The notes beneath the pieces are model-generated. The model was not told the origin of the DNA. It was given only the letters and a program-made list of their open reading frames with translations, and did not search any database. This document shows, piece by piece, positions 1 to 11,644 of a stretch of 64,000 nt of DNA. The position numbers and the translations under genes are program-made. Numbering within the stretch: position 1 is the stretch's first letter; every line of letters begins with the position of its first letter. Source of the DNA: Octopus sinensis (Eukaryota); NCBI RefSeq assembly GCF_006345805.1, contig NC_043002.1:89590001-89654000 (forward strand), read 5' to 3'.

Positions 1-389
1 CTGAGAAGAGCATTATCACAGTGAAAACAACATCCAATCATGAATTTATTTACCTGTGAATTTGCATGTGTAATCTGGGAATGCATACAATGAGCTTCTC
101 TGCCCTAAGGTGTATGGAAAGCACTTGGCGAGAAATGGAAGAAAACTTGAAGAAAGAAGGAAATAATAATAATAATGATAATAATGATATAAATAATAAT
201 AATAATAATAATAATCATCATCATCATCATCATCCTCATTTAACGTCCGCTTTCCATGCTAGCATGGGTTGGACGGTTCAACTGGAGTCTGGGGAGCCCG
301 AAGGCTGCACCAGGCCAGTCAGATCTGGCAGTGTTTCTACAGCTGGATGCCCTTCCTAACGCCAACCACTCCGAGAGTGTAGTGGGTGA

Positions 390-670
390 TTTTATGTGCC
401 ACCGACACAGGTGCCAGACGAGGCTGGCGAACGGCCACGCTCGGATGGTGTTTTTTATGTGCCACCGACACAGGTGCCAGACGAGGCTGGCAGACGGCCA
501 CGCTCGGATGGTGTTTTTATGTGCCACCGACACAAGTGCCAGATGAGGCTGGCGAACGGCCACGATCGGATGGTGTTTGTTACGTGCCCACAGCATGGAG
601 GCCAGTCGATGTGATACTGGCTACGGCCACGTTCGGATGGTTTTCTTGTGTGCCACCGGCACTGGTACCA
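390..670. repeat. ~62-bp tandem repeat, 3 close copies plus 1-2 diverged
   Basis: Unit TTTTATGTGCCACCGACACAGGTGCCAGACGAGGCTGGCGAACGGCCACGCTCGGATGGTG; further copy at ~945-1068. Confidence 0.9.
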
Positions 671-721
671 CAAAGATACAAATTCCATTGATGTTCATCT
701 ATTTTGATTTGGTTTGATTTT

Positions 722-851
722 CACTTGCCTCAGCAGGTCTTCACAACTGTCACACACTTGCCTCAACAGGTCTTCACAAGTGTCACATACTTGCCTCAAC
801 AGGTCTTCACAAGTGTCACATACTTGCCTCAACAGGTCTTCACAAGTGTCA
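722..851. repeat. 33-bp tandem repeat, 4 copies
   Basis: Unit (CA)CACTTGCCTCAACAGGTCTTCACAAGTGTCA; appears as an 11-aa repeat in ORF 704..1159. Confidence 0.95.
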
Positions 852-1096
852 TAAGAAGGAAGGTATGCACAGGTGGACTGACTACGTCCCAGGTAGGGGC
901 CACGGGTTATGGCCTGACTAGTCTTGCCGGGTCTTTGGATGGTGTTTTTATGTGCCACCAACACAGGTGCCAGATGAGGCTGGCGAACGGCCACGATTGG
1001 ATGGTGTTTGTTACGTGCCCACAGCACGGAGGCCAGTCGATGTGGTACTGGCTACCGCCACGTTCGGAAATAATAATAATAAGAAGAAGAAGAATA

Positions 1097-2030
1097 GTAA
1101 TTTCTACTAAAAGCACAAGGCCTGAAATTTGTGGGGAGGGGACTAATCAATTACATTGACCCCAGAGTTCACTGGTACTTAATTTATTGACCCTGAAAGG
1201 ATGAAAGGCAAATTTGACCTCGGCAGAATTTGAAATCAGAATGTAGTGATGGGCAAATATACTGCTAAGCATTTTGCTCGGAGTGCTAATGATTCTGTCA
1301 GCTCACCGCCTTAACAGCATCATCAACAACAACAATCATCATCATCATCATCATCGTTTAACGTCCGTTCTCCATGCTAGCATGGGTTGGACGGTTCGAC
1401 CGGGGATCTGGGAAGCCAGAAGGCTGCACCAGGCTCCAGTCTTATCTGGCAATGTTTCTACAGCTGGATGCCCTTCCTAAAGCCAACCACTCCGTGAGTG
1501 TAGTGGGTGCTTTTTACGTGCCACCCGCACAGGTGCCAGGCGAGGCATAATGGTTTCAAATTTTGGCACTAGACCAGTAAATTTGGGCGAGGGAATAAGT
1601 TGATTACACTGACCCTAGTGTCCAACTGGTACTTATTGATGAAAGCAAAATTGATCTTGGCAGAGTTTGAACCCAGAATGTAAAGATGGATGAAATGTTG
1701 CTTAGTATTTTGCTGAGTGTGTTAACAATTCTGCTGGCTCATCACTTTACATGCCAACTCACAGCCTTATTAGTAGTGGTAATAATAATGATAGTAATAA
1801 TTATAATTCTTTCTACTAAAAGTGCAGGGCCTGAAGTTTTTTGGGAGGGGACTAGTTGATTACATTGAACCCAGTGTTTCACTGGCACTTAATTTAGTGA
1901 CCCCCCTAAAGGATGAAAAGCAAAGTTGATCTCAGCAGAATTTGAACTTAGAACATAAAAAAGGATGAGATGCCACTAAGCTTTTTGCCTGACATGCTAA
2001 TAATTCGGCTAGCTTGTCAACTTACACGCT
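1097..2030 (-). mobile_element. Cluster of three SINE family C copies (1097-1313, 1548-1752, 1808-2030) around an RTE tail (1337-1545)
   Basis: Shared body rc of GTTCTGAGTTCAAATT..GACTTTGCCTTTCATCCTTTCGGGGTCGATAAATTAAGTACCAG; box B-like GAGTTCAAAT. Confidence 0.8.
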
Positions 2031-2140
2031 AGGTCACAGCCTTCTTAGTTGTGGTAATAATAATGACAATGATGATGATGATGAGGGTGGTGTTGGTGGT
2101 GGCGGTGGCGGCAGCGACGGTGGAGGAAGAGGAAAAGGAG

Positions 2141-2503
2141 GCCTTGATGTAGTACCAGGCAGTGGCTCACATCATGGCCACTGACTTGAAGTGTTATCAT
2201 GTACATTGTTTTGACTTGGTATAGTGGTTTGAATAATTCACCTCAGGCTCAGAAAACTTGGGTGTTTTGTTCATCATCCTTAAACAGGCCTTTTTTCAGG
2301 GACCTTTTGAGCGGAATGGGCTACTTGACACAAAGAAAATTCTAACAGGGCCTTACTTGCAAGGTCATGCACTGTTAATCTTGATATGAGATCACTATGT
2401 CACGTGCATATAGTTGAGATGCAGACAGGTTGTCATGATGGGTATACTGGGCTTCGTATATTTTACCCCAATGTCACTTTGATGGCATGCGCTGCTCTCT
2501 CAC
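2141..2503 (+). mobile_element. Element D (non-coding, (TAA)n-associated), internally deleted copy
   Basis: Starts GCCTTGATGTAGTACCAGGCAGTGGC and ends GCTCTCTCAC; colinear with 18855-19407 and 21368-21922. Confidence 0.8.
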
Positions 2504-2555
2504 ATAACAACAACAACAACAACAACAACAACAACCACCATAACAATAATAATAA

Positions 2556-2765
2556 CTACCAACACGGCTCAAAAAGATTAGAATGCATATAAAGATAAAA
2601 CACCTACAGAAAGCATCATTGCTTGAAACTGCAAGAGTACTTTGCAGAGTTCTGGGAGCATGATTAGTAAATAAGTATCACTTTAATCTGCTTTCTGTAG
2701 ATAGCTGACACTTTCCATCATACCCAGCAAAATAAAGCTGAGGTTATTCATGATATAAAATAATA
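2556..2765 (+). pseudogene. R4/Dong-like non-LTR retrotransposon 3' end
   Basis: 2574-2663 translates KIRMHIKIKHLQKASLLETARVLCRVLGA*, matching the LQKxxLLxTARxLRxVL C-terminus of RLE-type R4/Dong elements; short 3' UTR runs into (TAA)n. Confidence 0.65.
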
Positions 2766-2815
2766 ACGATGATGATGATAATAATAATAATAATAATAAT
2801 AATCATAACAACAAC

Positions 2816-3055
2816 AACAAGAGCACTCAGAGAGCACAAACCTCCACCAAAGCAACACCAATGTCCTCTCAATGATTAGCCAGAGATGATTTTTAAAATG
2901 AGAATATCTGAAATAAACTCGATTGCTCTCACAACGAGAATACTAAAAGTGAACTTGACTGCTCTCAAAAATTAAATAAAAAAACTGAAAAAATAATCCA
3001 GAATCCTTGTCTGGTTCTGGATCGATTCCAAAATCTAATGAGTTCATGTCAGTCA
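2816..3055 (+). mobile_element. Helentron/HINE-like non-autonomous element, 3' truncated
   Basis: Starts AACAAGAGCACTCAGAGAGCACAAACCTCC; colinear with 19474-19826. Confidence 0.6.
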
Positions 3056-3300
3056 CGTGGTTAAACATATGGAATAAGATGTAGTGTGCAAGGAAAAAGA
3101 CTGTACTGGTATGATCATATGTTGCATATGGATAATGACAGCTGTATAAAGTAGTGCTGATCACTAAAAGAAGAAGGTCCAGGAAGATATGAGATTAAGT
3201 AATGAAGGCTTATCTCAAGATCTCATGGTGGAGATTACAAAGGCTCAAGATGACTGGGAATTTGTTGAGCTCAATATGATTTGTCCACAACAGTGTGAGC
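3056..3300 (+). pseudogene. Degenerate RTE LINE C-terminal fragment
   Basis: Resembles the RLRWYGHV-RMD region; homologous to the rc of 8080-8260. Confidence 0.5.
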
Positions 3301-3854
3301 GAAGTCTTAAAACTATTATGTTTATGTCTATAAACTCACTGTCCTTGTGCCACCACTTCCTCCATCCTAATATGTCTCTTGTGTACCTTGACAGTACCCT
3401 CTGACACCTTGATATGTCCCATTATAATGACGTATTTCATTGTCTCTGCAGGACTGGTCTGAATGGTTTGTGTTTCTTTTATTTAGTCACATGGGCCCAA
3501 CAAAGAGGGGACAAACAAGGACAGGCAATAAATACATAAAAAGGTGTGTGTGTGTGTGCAGGAGGGGGGGTCATGTCAGATAATTTACAATTTAAACATG
3601 ATTAAAAAGTTTTTGTGTGATGTAGAGACACCCAGTTGACTACTGACTACTGACATGATACCTTTTGTTTTCTGCTGGCTCCACCTACCTGGTTCCAGTT
3701 ACGCACAGCATCTTTTCTACAGACTTCCATCTTTTTGTGTACATACTGTGTGACAGGTATCTCTTCTCCAGTCTGATTTTGCTCTTCAGGTGGTAGCTAA
3801 AAAAGTTAGCAAGCTACTGGTTAGCAAGCTACTTACCACACAGCCACTCCTGCA

Positions 3855-3890
<36 letters not shown>

Positions 3891-4132
3891 ATATATATCA
3901 TATATATCTGCATGCTTGTATGTGTATATGTATGTATTTGTTGTGTGTGTATGTATGTGTGTGTATGCACACACACTCAACATTGTCAATTTTCCTTCAC
4001 ATTGCTTGCTATATAACTTCTCTTCTCTCTTTCAGTTGAAACCACTTGGTACCATGCTAGACACCTATCTTTTTCATTAATAAAGGTGTACACAAACACA
4101 CACACACACATACATACACACACACAGACACA

Positions 4133-4171
<39 letters not shown>

Positions 4172-4632
4172 ATACATAAACATGAGCTGACAGAAGGAAA
4201 CATACCACACATCATACTTATGCATATATGCATATATACAGGACAAAGTTGGCAATGATAGTTGCCGGTGCGTGGGGGGACATCCCGTAGATCTTTAATA
4301 GTGGTAGTTGGGGTGCAAAAATATAGATTATGATCTTGTCCCTAATAAAATTTCATAAACCTCTTTAAAAATTTGACTATTTTTGCATATAAAAGACTTA
4401 TGCTAATGTCTCAAAGAATGAAAATTATAAAGATTTAATATTTGTTGGAAATACAAACTGGATAGTAATTTAACATTATTAAGAAATGCATAATGGATTA
4501 TTATTACATTTTAGACTCTATTAACACTAATATCCATGGTACTTGCCCAAAGATAATGAAAGAAAAGAAGGGGATGTGAAATCATTGAATAACTCTGTAT
4601 TTAAATGTACTTATGTGTATGTATTATGAATG

Positions 4633-4940
4633 TGTGGAGGCACAATGGCCCAGTGGTTAGGGCAGTGGACTCGCGGTCTTAGGATCGCGGTTTCGATTCC
4701 CAGACCGGGCGATGTGAGTGTTTATTGAGCAAAAACACCTAAAGGCTCCACGAGGTTCCGGCAGGGGGTGGTGGCAATCCCTGCTGCACTCTTTCACCAC
4801 AACTTTCCCTCACTCTTCTGTTGGCCTGCTCGCTTAGCCGGTGGGGTGGCGTCATTCGAAGGCTAAAACAATGCGAAGCACATTGTGACCAGCGATGTGT
4901 AGCAACATCTGCCTGGTCGATCACCGTGGTCACCGTGATT
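4633..4940 (+). mobile_element. tRNA-derived SINE, family B
   Basis: Box A TGGCCCAGTGG and box B GGTTTCGATTCC; body homologous to the rc of 54902-55232. Confidence 0.85.
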
Positions 4941-5000
4941 ATGAATGTAGATGTGTGAGCATGCATAAATGTATTTAGATGTCTGTGTATATATATATAT

Positions 5001-5360
5001 CATCATCATCATCATTATCATTTAACATCCGCTTTCCATGCTAGCATGGGTTGGACTTTAACGTCCGCTATATATATATATATAATATGTATATACGCAC
5101 ACATATGTATATATACCATCTTCATCATCATCATCATCATCATCATTTGGCATCTGTTTTCCATGCTGGAATGGGTTAGATAGTTTGACTGGAACTGGTA
5201 AACCAGAGAGCTGTAGCAACTCCAGTCCTGATTGGCATCAGGAAAGGCTTGCTGCCTTTCCTAGTGCCAATCACTGCAAAAGTGTAGTGGGTGCCCTTTA
5301 TATGTCACCAGCACTGGCCACCACTATGATTTTACTTGGCTTGATGTGTCTTCTCAGGCA
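5001..5360 (-). mobile_element. Two truncated RTE-tail repeats
   Basis: (CAT)n followed by TTTAACATCCGCTTTCCATGCTAGCATGGGTTGG at 5001 and 5120. Confidence 0.7.
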
Positions 5361-5453
5361 TGATATATATAGTATATATATATCATCTAGCTAGCTATCC
5401 ATCTGTATATATATCTGTCTAGCTAGCTATCCATCTGTTTTATATGTATGTGT

Positions 5454-5497
<44 letters not shown>

Positions 5498-6402
5498 AGG
5501 TGCCTATGTATATGTGTATATACATATGTAAATGTGTATGCGTGTTTGTGTGTGGTTGTCAGGATACTAGAATAATCTGAAAAACGACAAAATATTTGCA
5601 AAAATGAGTTATTTGCGCGATAAGAATGTCAGGATCAGTTATCAAAATGACAATAATAATTTGTATCTTCAGACAAAGAATATTATAAAAAAAAAAAAAT
5701 TTCCTTGGAAAACTGACACATTTCTTTGTAGAACTCTTCTACATGGTTAGTACATTTTATAAATTGTATGAATGGACATAGTTACCATTAGTGAGGTATC
5801 AATATTGTAACTCAGCAATTTTTCAAGAAATTAATTGAATTCTTTTGTTTTTACATTTATATTATTATGGCAGAACATATTACTCAAAGACAGATGAGAA
5901 ATAAAGGCAGAGCAGAAAAAAATTGCCTGACAGTTGGATGTTCGGTAATTAGCACTGGCAGTAAATAGATCTACTTTTAAATGTCCAATCATTATTTATT
6001 ATCTACGATAAGACAACTACTGGACACTCCTCTCTGCATGTTGATGGATATAGTATAATATAGATAACAGTATATAAAACTTCAACTGTATTTGACACTG
6101 AACATTAAGGGACATTAAAGATTGATTAATAATACTTATGATTTATATATTCCATAAAAATTATATATTCAATATTTTCATTCAAGTATTCCATATTTAC
6201 GCCTGTTGTTTATCATATTTTACACAATTTCCTTTGTTTTATACATATGTGGTCTACATAAGTGTTTTTTTGCTTTAATCACATATATATATTTTTGTGG
6301 ATCATTTAGTAGTTTCTATATCTTTACGTTCCATGTGTTTAGTTTTATGATTTCTCTGTGTTCCATACGTTTAGTTTATGATCTCCATATAGCTTGTGTT
6401 CC

Positions 6403-7490
6403 ATATGAAGGTTAGCTAAAAAGTTCATAAGCTGACCAAGATACTCTGATGGAATGTGACCAAATGAGGTTATTTTTCAACATTGTCCCCCTTACAGTCT
6501 ACACACTTCTTCCATTGGTGTTGTAGTGCTTGAATCTCATAGGTGAAGAAACTTTCATCATTTTGGTAGAGAAAAATCATTAACAGTAGAGATGATGCCA
6601 CCATCACTGCAATACTGCTTCCCAGCTAAGTGGTTTTATCATGTTGGAGAACAGATGACAGTCAGATGGGGCCAAATCAAGAGAATAGTGAGGGTGATCA
6701 GCCAGTTCAAAGCCACAATCACACACAACAGCCATTCAAACCAAAGACTTGTGTGCTGGAACATTGTCCTGATGAAACAAGACCTCTTTCGTCAGTTTTC
6801 TTGAGCTTTTGGTTTTGATAGCCTTTTGTAACTGCCTTGGGTGATCTTCAAGATTCTCCCTTCCCCTCTGAAATTCAGCTGCCCACTTTTGCCCTGATGA
6901 TAAAGCTAGTGCATCATCATCCTCTGTGAAGGCACATGGCTCAGTGGTTAGAGTGTCGAGCTTATGATCACGAGGTTGTGGGTTCGAATCCCGAAATGGG
7001 CTGCATGTTGTGTTACTGAGCAAGACACTTTATTTCACATTGCTCCAGTTCACTCAGCTGTAGAAATGAGTTGCGACATCACTGGTGCCAAGCTGTATCA
7101 GCCCCTTTGCCTTTCCCTTGGATAACACTGGTGGTGTGGAGAGGGGAGGCTGGTATGCATGGGCGACTGCTGGTCTTCCATAAACAGCCTTGCCCGGACT
7201 TGTGCTTGGGAGGGTAACTTTCTAGGTGCAATCCCATGGTCATTCATGACCGAAGAGGGTCTCAGTGTCATCATCCTCTAATGTAGCAACCATGTCAGCA
7301 TGAATGTCCTTGGACGCTAAACCCTTCTTCTGCATATATTTAACATTACAATGCCAAATTTTGTTCATTTTCAAGAGAAGTCACTACTAGATATTTTTGA
7401 AGTCTTCTTTGAACAGTCAGATGTCAGGTTAATTGGAAAAATACAATCCAGTTATTCATAAGAAGAGATGCAATTAATGTATGCAAGAGA
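6403..7490 (-). pseudogene. Internally deleted mariner transposase relic
   Basis: Minus strand gives MNKIWHCNVKYMQKKGLASKDIHADMVATLEDD-ALSSGQKWAAEFQRGRENLEDHPR fused to QLQKAIKTK..VLFHQDNVPAHKSLV, followed by a YSPDLAPSD-like region. Confidence 0.85.
6926..7267 (+). mobile_element. tRNA-derived SINE inserted in the mariner, with 12-bp TSD
   Basis: Box A TGGCTCAGTGG and box B GGGTTCGAATCC; TSD TCATCATCCTCT at 6914-6925 and 7268-7279. Confidence 0.9.
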
Positions 7491-7565
7491 TCCACGTGTT
7501 TAGTTTATGATTTTCACATAATTTGTGTTGTACGTTTTAGTTTATGATTTCCTTATGATTTGTGT

Positions 7566-8775
7566 ACCATCATCATCATCATCGTTGTTTAATGCCTGCT
7601 TTCCATGCTGGCATGGGTTGGATGGTTTGACTGAGGATTGGCAGGCTGGGAGGCTGCACTAGGCTCCAATCTGATTTGGCAAGGTTTCTACAGCTGAATG
7701 CCCTTCCTTATTCCAACCACTCTGAGAGTGTGCTGGGGCTTTTCATGTGCCACCGGCACGGAAGCTAATCAGGCGGCCTTGACAATGGCCATAATCGAAT
7801 GGTGCTTTTTATGTGTCACTGGCATGAGTGCCAGTCAGACAGCACTGACATCAGCCTAGGCTACAGTTTCACTCAGTTTGACAGGTCTTCACAAGCACGG
7901 CATATTGCCTGATGATTGAAGGGTGCTTTTAAATGGGCCAGTTATGTGACACTGGCGTCAGTTACACCTATGATCTCACTTCGCTTGCCAAGTCTTCTCA
8001 AGCACAGCATATCTGCAAAGGTCTTGGTCACTTGTCATTGCCTCTGTGAGGCCCAATGTTCAAAGGTTGGGCTTCACCATCCTATCCCATGTCTTCTTGG
8101 GTCTACCTCTTCCACAGGTTCCTGTCACTGTTAGGGTATGACACTTCTTTACACAGATCATCCATATGTAACACATGACCATACCAGTACATTCATCTCT
8201 CTTGCACACCACATCTGATGCCTCTTATGTCCAACTTTTCTCTCATGATTACACTCTGTTTTGTATGCACACTGATATTACACATTCAGTTGAGCATACT
8301 AGCTTCATTTCTTTCAAGCTTGTGCATGTCCTCAGCAGTCACCTCTCATGTTTCACTGCCATGTAGCATGGCTGTTTGTACACAGGCATCATACAGTCTA
8401 CTTTTTACTCTGAGCGAGAGACCTTTAGTTACTAGCAGAGGTAGGAGCTATCTGAACTTTGCCCAGGCTATTCTTATTCTAGCAGCCACGCTCTCAAAGC
8501 ATCCACCCCAGCTACTGACTTGGTCACCTAGGTAACAGAAGCTATCAACTACTTCTAGTTGTTTCCCCTGGCATGTGATGGAATCTGTTTTCTGTACATC
8601 TTCGATGTTTATTGCACCTGTGCATCTGCCACACACAAAAACTGTCTTCTCAGTCAACCTTCCTTTGATATTGCTGCACCTCTTATATGTCCATAGCTTA
8701 CATCGGGTCTTATGGAAATTCTACCTTTGCCTTTTCAACAGATCAAGCAGGGTCATCTACCTGAAGGGATTTGTG
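7566..8775 (-). pseudogene. 5'-truncated RTE-clade LINE (RT C-terminus, 3' UTR, (GAT)n tail)
   Basis: ORF 8448..8657 has LEVVDSFCYLGDQVSSWGGCFESVAARIRIAWAKFR; continues into a decayed ETW/RLRWYGH region and the tail repeat. Confidence 0.9.
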
Positions 8776-9654
8776 ATGTTTAGCTTATGATGTCCTTATT
8801 TGTTGCGTTCCATTTGTTGTGTTCCATGTGTTTAGCTTATGATTTCCTTATTTGTTGTGTTCCATGTGTTTAGTTCCCGATTTCCTTATTTGTTGCATTT
8901 CATGTTTTTAGTTTATGATTTCTTTATGAATTTGTGTTCCATGTGTTTAGTTTATGATTCTCTGATTTGTTGTGTTCTTTGTGCATAGTTTATGATTTTT
9001 TTGTGACTTGTGTTTCATGTGTTTAGTTTATGATTTCCTTATGATTTGTGTTCCATGTTTAGTCTACGATTTCCTTATGACTTGTGTTCCATATGTTTAG
9101 GTTATGCTTTCCATAAGAAGTGACATTATTTTGTTTCAAGAAAGCAATCTTACAAAAATGGTGGTGTCTATTTACTTGTGAGATGTCTATGTGCAGCCGG
9201 AAAAAAAAAAAAAAGTATGGGTCAATTCATGCACCAAGATAGTTATGGAAGACTAAAAATTCCATGTGAAATGCAGCAGGATTAGCAAAGATAGTGATAT
9301 TTGAATGTTTTATATTACATATCTTCTCTATATACTATGTCAACTTGTAATATCAGAAAATATATTTTCTTTGAGATGAACATGCAGATTCCTAAAAAGG
9401 TTCTCAATGATTGAGAGGAATTCATTCATCTACAACTTTTGGTTTGTCATCAAATTCTGCTTCCTTCCTCCATCTCTTCTCCAAACAATGATGGTCTCAT
9501 CTCATGTGAACTTTTTCATTTTGTATCACTCCTCTTAATCCACTCATTGTCCTCAATTCTCTTCTATTTTTGCAGCCATATCTCTCTAATATTAAAACAA
9601 TTTGTCTAATTCCATGTTTCATTCTTATCCAGTTGTATTCCTCTTTATCCACAG

Positions 9655-9906
9655 TTTACCTTTTACCTTTTACCTCTTTCAGTCATTGGACTGCGGCCAT
9701 GCTGGAGCACTGCTTTGAGGGGGTTTAAGTTGAATGAATCAACTCCAGTACTTTTTATTTTTATGCCTGGTACTTATTCTCTTTTGCCAAACTGTTAAGT
9801 TATGGGCCTTTAAATAAACTGTCACCAGTTGTCAAAGAGTGGTGGAAACAAACACAAAGATGCACGCACACACACACACACGTACTTACGTATGTATGTA
9901 TGTATG

Positions 9907-9940
<34 letters not shown>

Positions 9941-10103
9941 TGTATGTATGTGTGTGTGTGTGTGTGTGTGTATGTACAATGGATTTCTTTCAGTTTCTGT
10001 ATTGTAAAACTAGATCCATCCCCAAGGCTTTAGTCAGCCTTGGGCTGACCCTGGAACTTTGTGATTGGAAAGCAAACTTCTTATCACACAGCTACACCTG
10101 CAT
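9655..10103 (-). mobile_element. tRNA-derived SINE, family A
   Basis: rc tail GCAGTGCTCCAGCATGGCCGCAGTCCAATGACTGAAAGAGG(TAAAAG)n; internal (TACA)n/(CA)n microsatellite. Confidence 0.8.
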
Positions 10104-10783
10104 GTATTGTTTAAAAGAGCTTGAAACAGGCTATGGGAATATATTTTTCTGTTAGACTTCTCAAACTTAAAAAAAATATAGTAGCTTGAGGATCCAGGAT
10201 TGGATTGTAATCCAATTTTTAATTGAATTATAATCCAATTTTTACAAACCATTATCAAGATAAAAAAAAAATCCATTAAAGTTTTTTTTTTTTTTTTTTT
10301 TTCTGAATTTCAAAAATAAAATATTGAAAACAAGAATCAGATTTTAGAACTCTCAAGAAATTCTCAAATAATGAAGTACAAGAAAATCCCAAAATCAAAT
10401 TAAAAAAGAAAAGAAGAAAAATTTAGCATAAAAGAAAATGACAGACAACCTTGTCATGTAACTTCCTGGTCTGAAGTTCTAAACAGATAAAGATTACAAG
10501 ATTACAATATAATCTTAGATATTATTATTATTGATGATCCAATATTGGTTTTTAATATTTCTGGTTTAATATTATTGGTTTATTGTTAGGATCTGTTATT
10601 GGCTGAATTTCTTCTCTTCTTTCCATCATATTAAAATGTGAGCAGGCTTGTAGCTCCTCTACAGCAGGAAAACTATTATGTTCCAATTAATCCTGTAAAA
10701 TCATCTGACCTATACTAACATGCAACACTAGCATGAATGTTATAAGATGATAATGATGACGTGTATGTATGTATATAAGTATA

Positions 10784-11644
10784 CAAGGTGCATTCAAAAA
10801 GTGACCGACTTCATTCTTCTTGCCAAAAGTGTGAACAAAATCCTTTGATTGGAAGGTGACACCACCCTTCCTGTGTATGTGTGAAATTTTTCATGCCAGA
10901 AGGCTGTCAAGTTCACAGCCATTATGCCTAGAGTACAGATATGTAGTGCGTGCTTGTCAGATTTTCGTTTTCACTGAACACATCAAGCAGAGATACTGCA
11001 TCAAGTTTTGCCAAAAGCTTGGTGATACTTAAGCTCAAGCCATCCAGAAGATTCAGCTAGCTTTTGATGACAATGTCATGGGTAAAACTCAGATCAAGGA
11101 GTGGTACAACCACTTCAAACATAGCTACATTTCAGTGGAGAGCGAGGCACACTCAGGCAGGCCATCCAGAAGCCTAAACAAGAAACTGATTGAGAAGGTT
11201 CGGGGAATAATCATGGAAGACTGTCGTGTAACAATCTAGGAAATTGCTCACAAAGTGAGAATAAGCACAGGATCAGTGAATTCATTTTCAATGGATGATT
11301 TGTGCAGGCAGAGCAACTCTCCATGAAAATCATTCAGGACATGCTGGACTGTGAAAACAATGACCCAGAATTCAATAAAACCATCATCACTGGTGATGGG
11401 ACAGAGTTTATAGTCTTTATTTGATGTGTTTGGTCATCTTGTGTAAAAACGCAAATGGATGAGCACGCACTAGATGTCTGTACTCTAGGTGTAACAACCA
11501 GGAACTGACATGACCTACTGGCACAAAATTTTTTTTGCATGTACAAGAAGGGTGGCATTATCTCCCACCTAAAGGATTTTGCCCTTGCAACATTAGTTTT
11601 TGGGGAAAAAATAAAGTTGGATACTTTTTTGCATGCACTTCACA
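10784..11644 (+). mobile_element. Non-autonomous mariner with ~190-bp inverted repeats
   Basis: TA|CAAGGTG start; transposase N-terminus EHIKQRYCIKFCQKLGDT..QIKEWYNHFK..SGRPS; left 10784-10975 matches the rc of 11455-11644 (e.g. CCTAGAGTACAGAxATxTAGTGCGTGCT). Confidence 0.8.

Larger units (their letters stand above)
216..1068 (-). mobile_element. RTE-type LINE 3' UTR/tail repeat with internal tandem amplifications
   Basis: (CAT)n then TTTAACGTCCGCTTTCCATGCTAGCATGGGTTGGAC. The same module is joined to RTE RT coding sequence at 7566-8775, so it is the reverse complement of an RTE 3' end with a (GAT)n tail. Confidence 0.8.
6325..9110. repeat. ~36-bp minisatellite present as three blocks (6325-6404, 7490-7570, 8776-9110)
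   Basis: Unit GTGTTTAGTTTATGATTTCCTTATGATTTGTGTTCCAT; blocks separated by a mariner relic and an RTE fragment. Confidence 0.85.

Noticed and set aside
722-851. CRISPR-like look of the 33-bp repeats (and of the 40621-41455 array)
   Set aside because: Units are contiguous with no unique spacers, there are no cas genes, and the context is eukaryotic.
4633-4710. tRNA genes at SINE heads (also 6926, 25419)
   Set aside because: A/B boxes are present, but there is no complete cloverleaf and each continues into a repeated SINE body.
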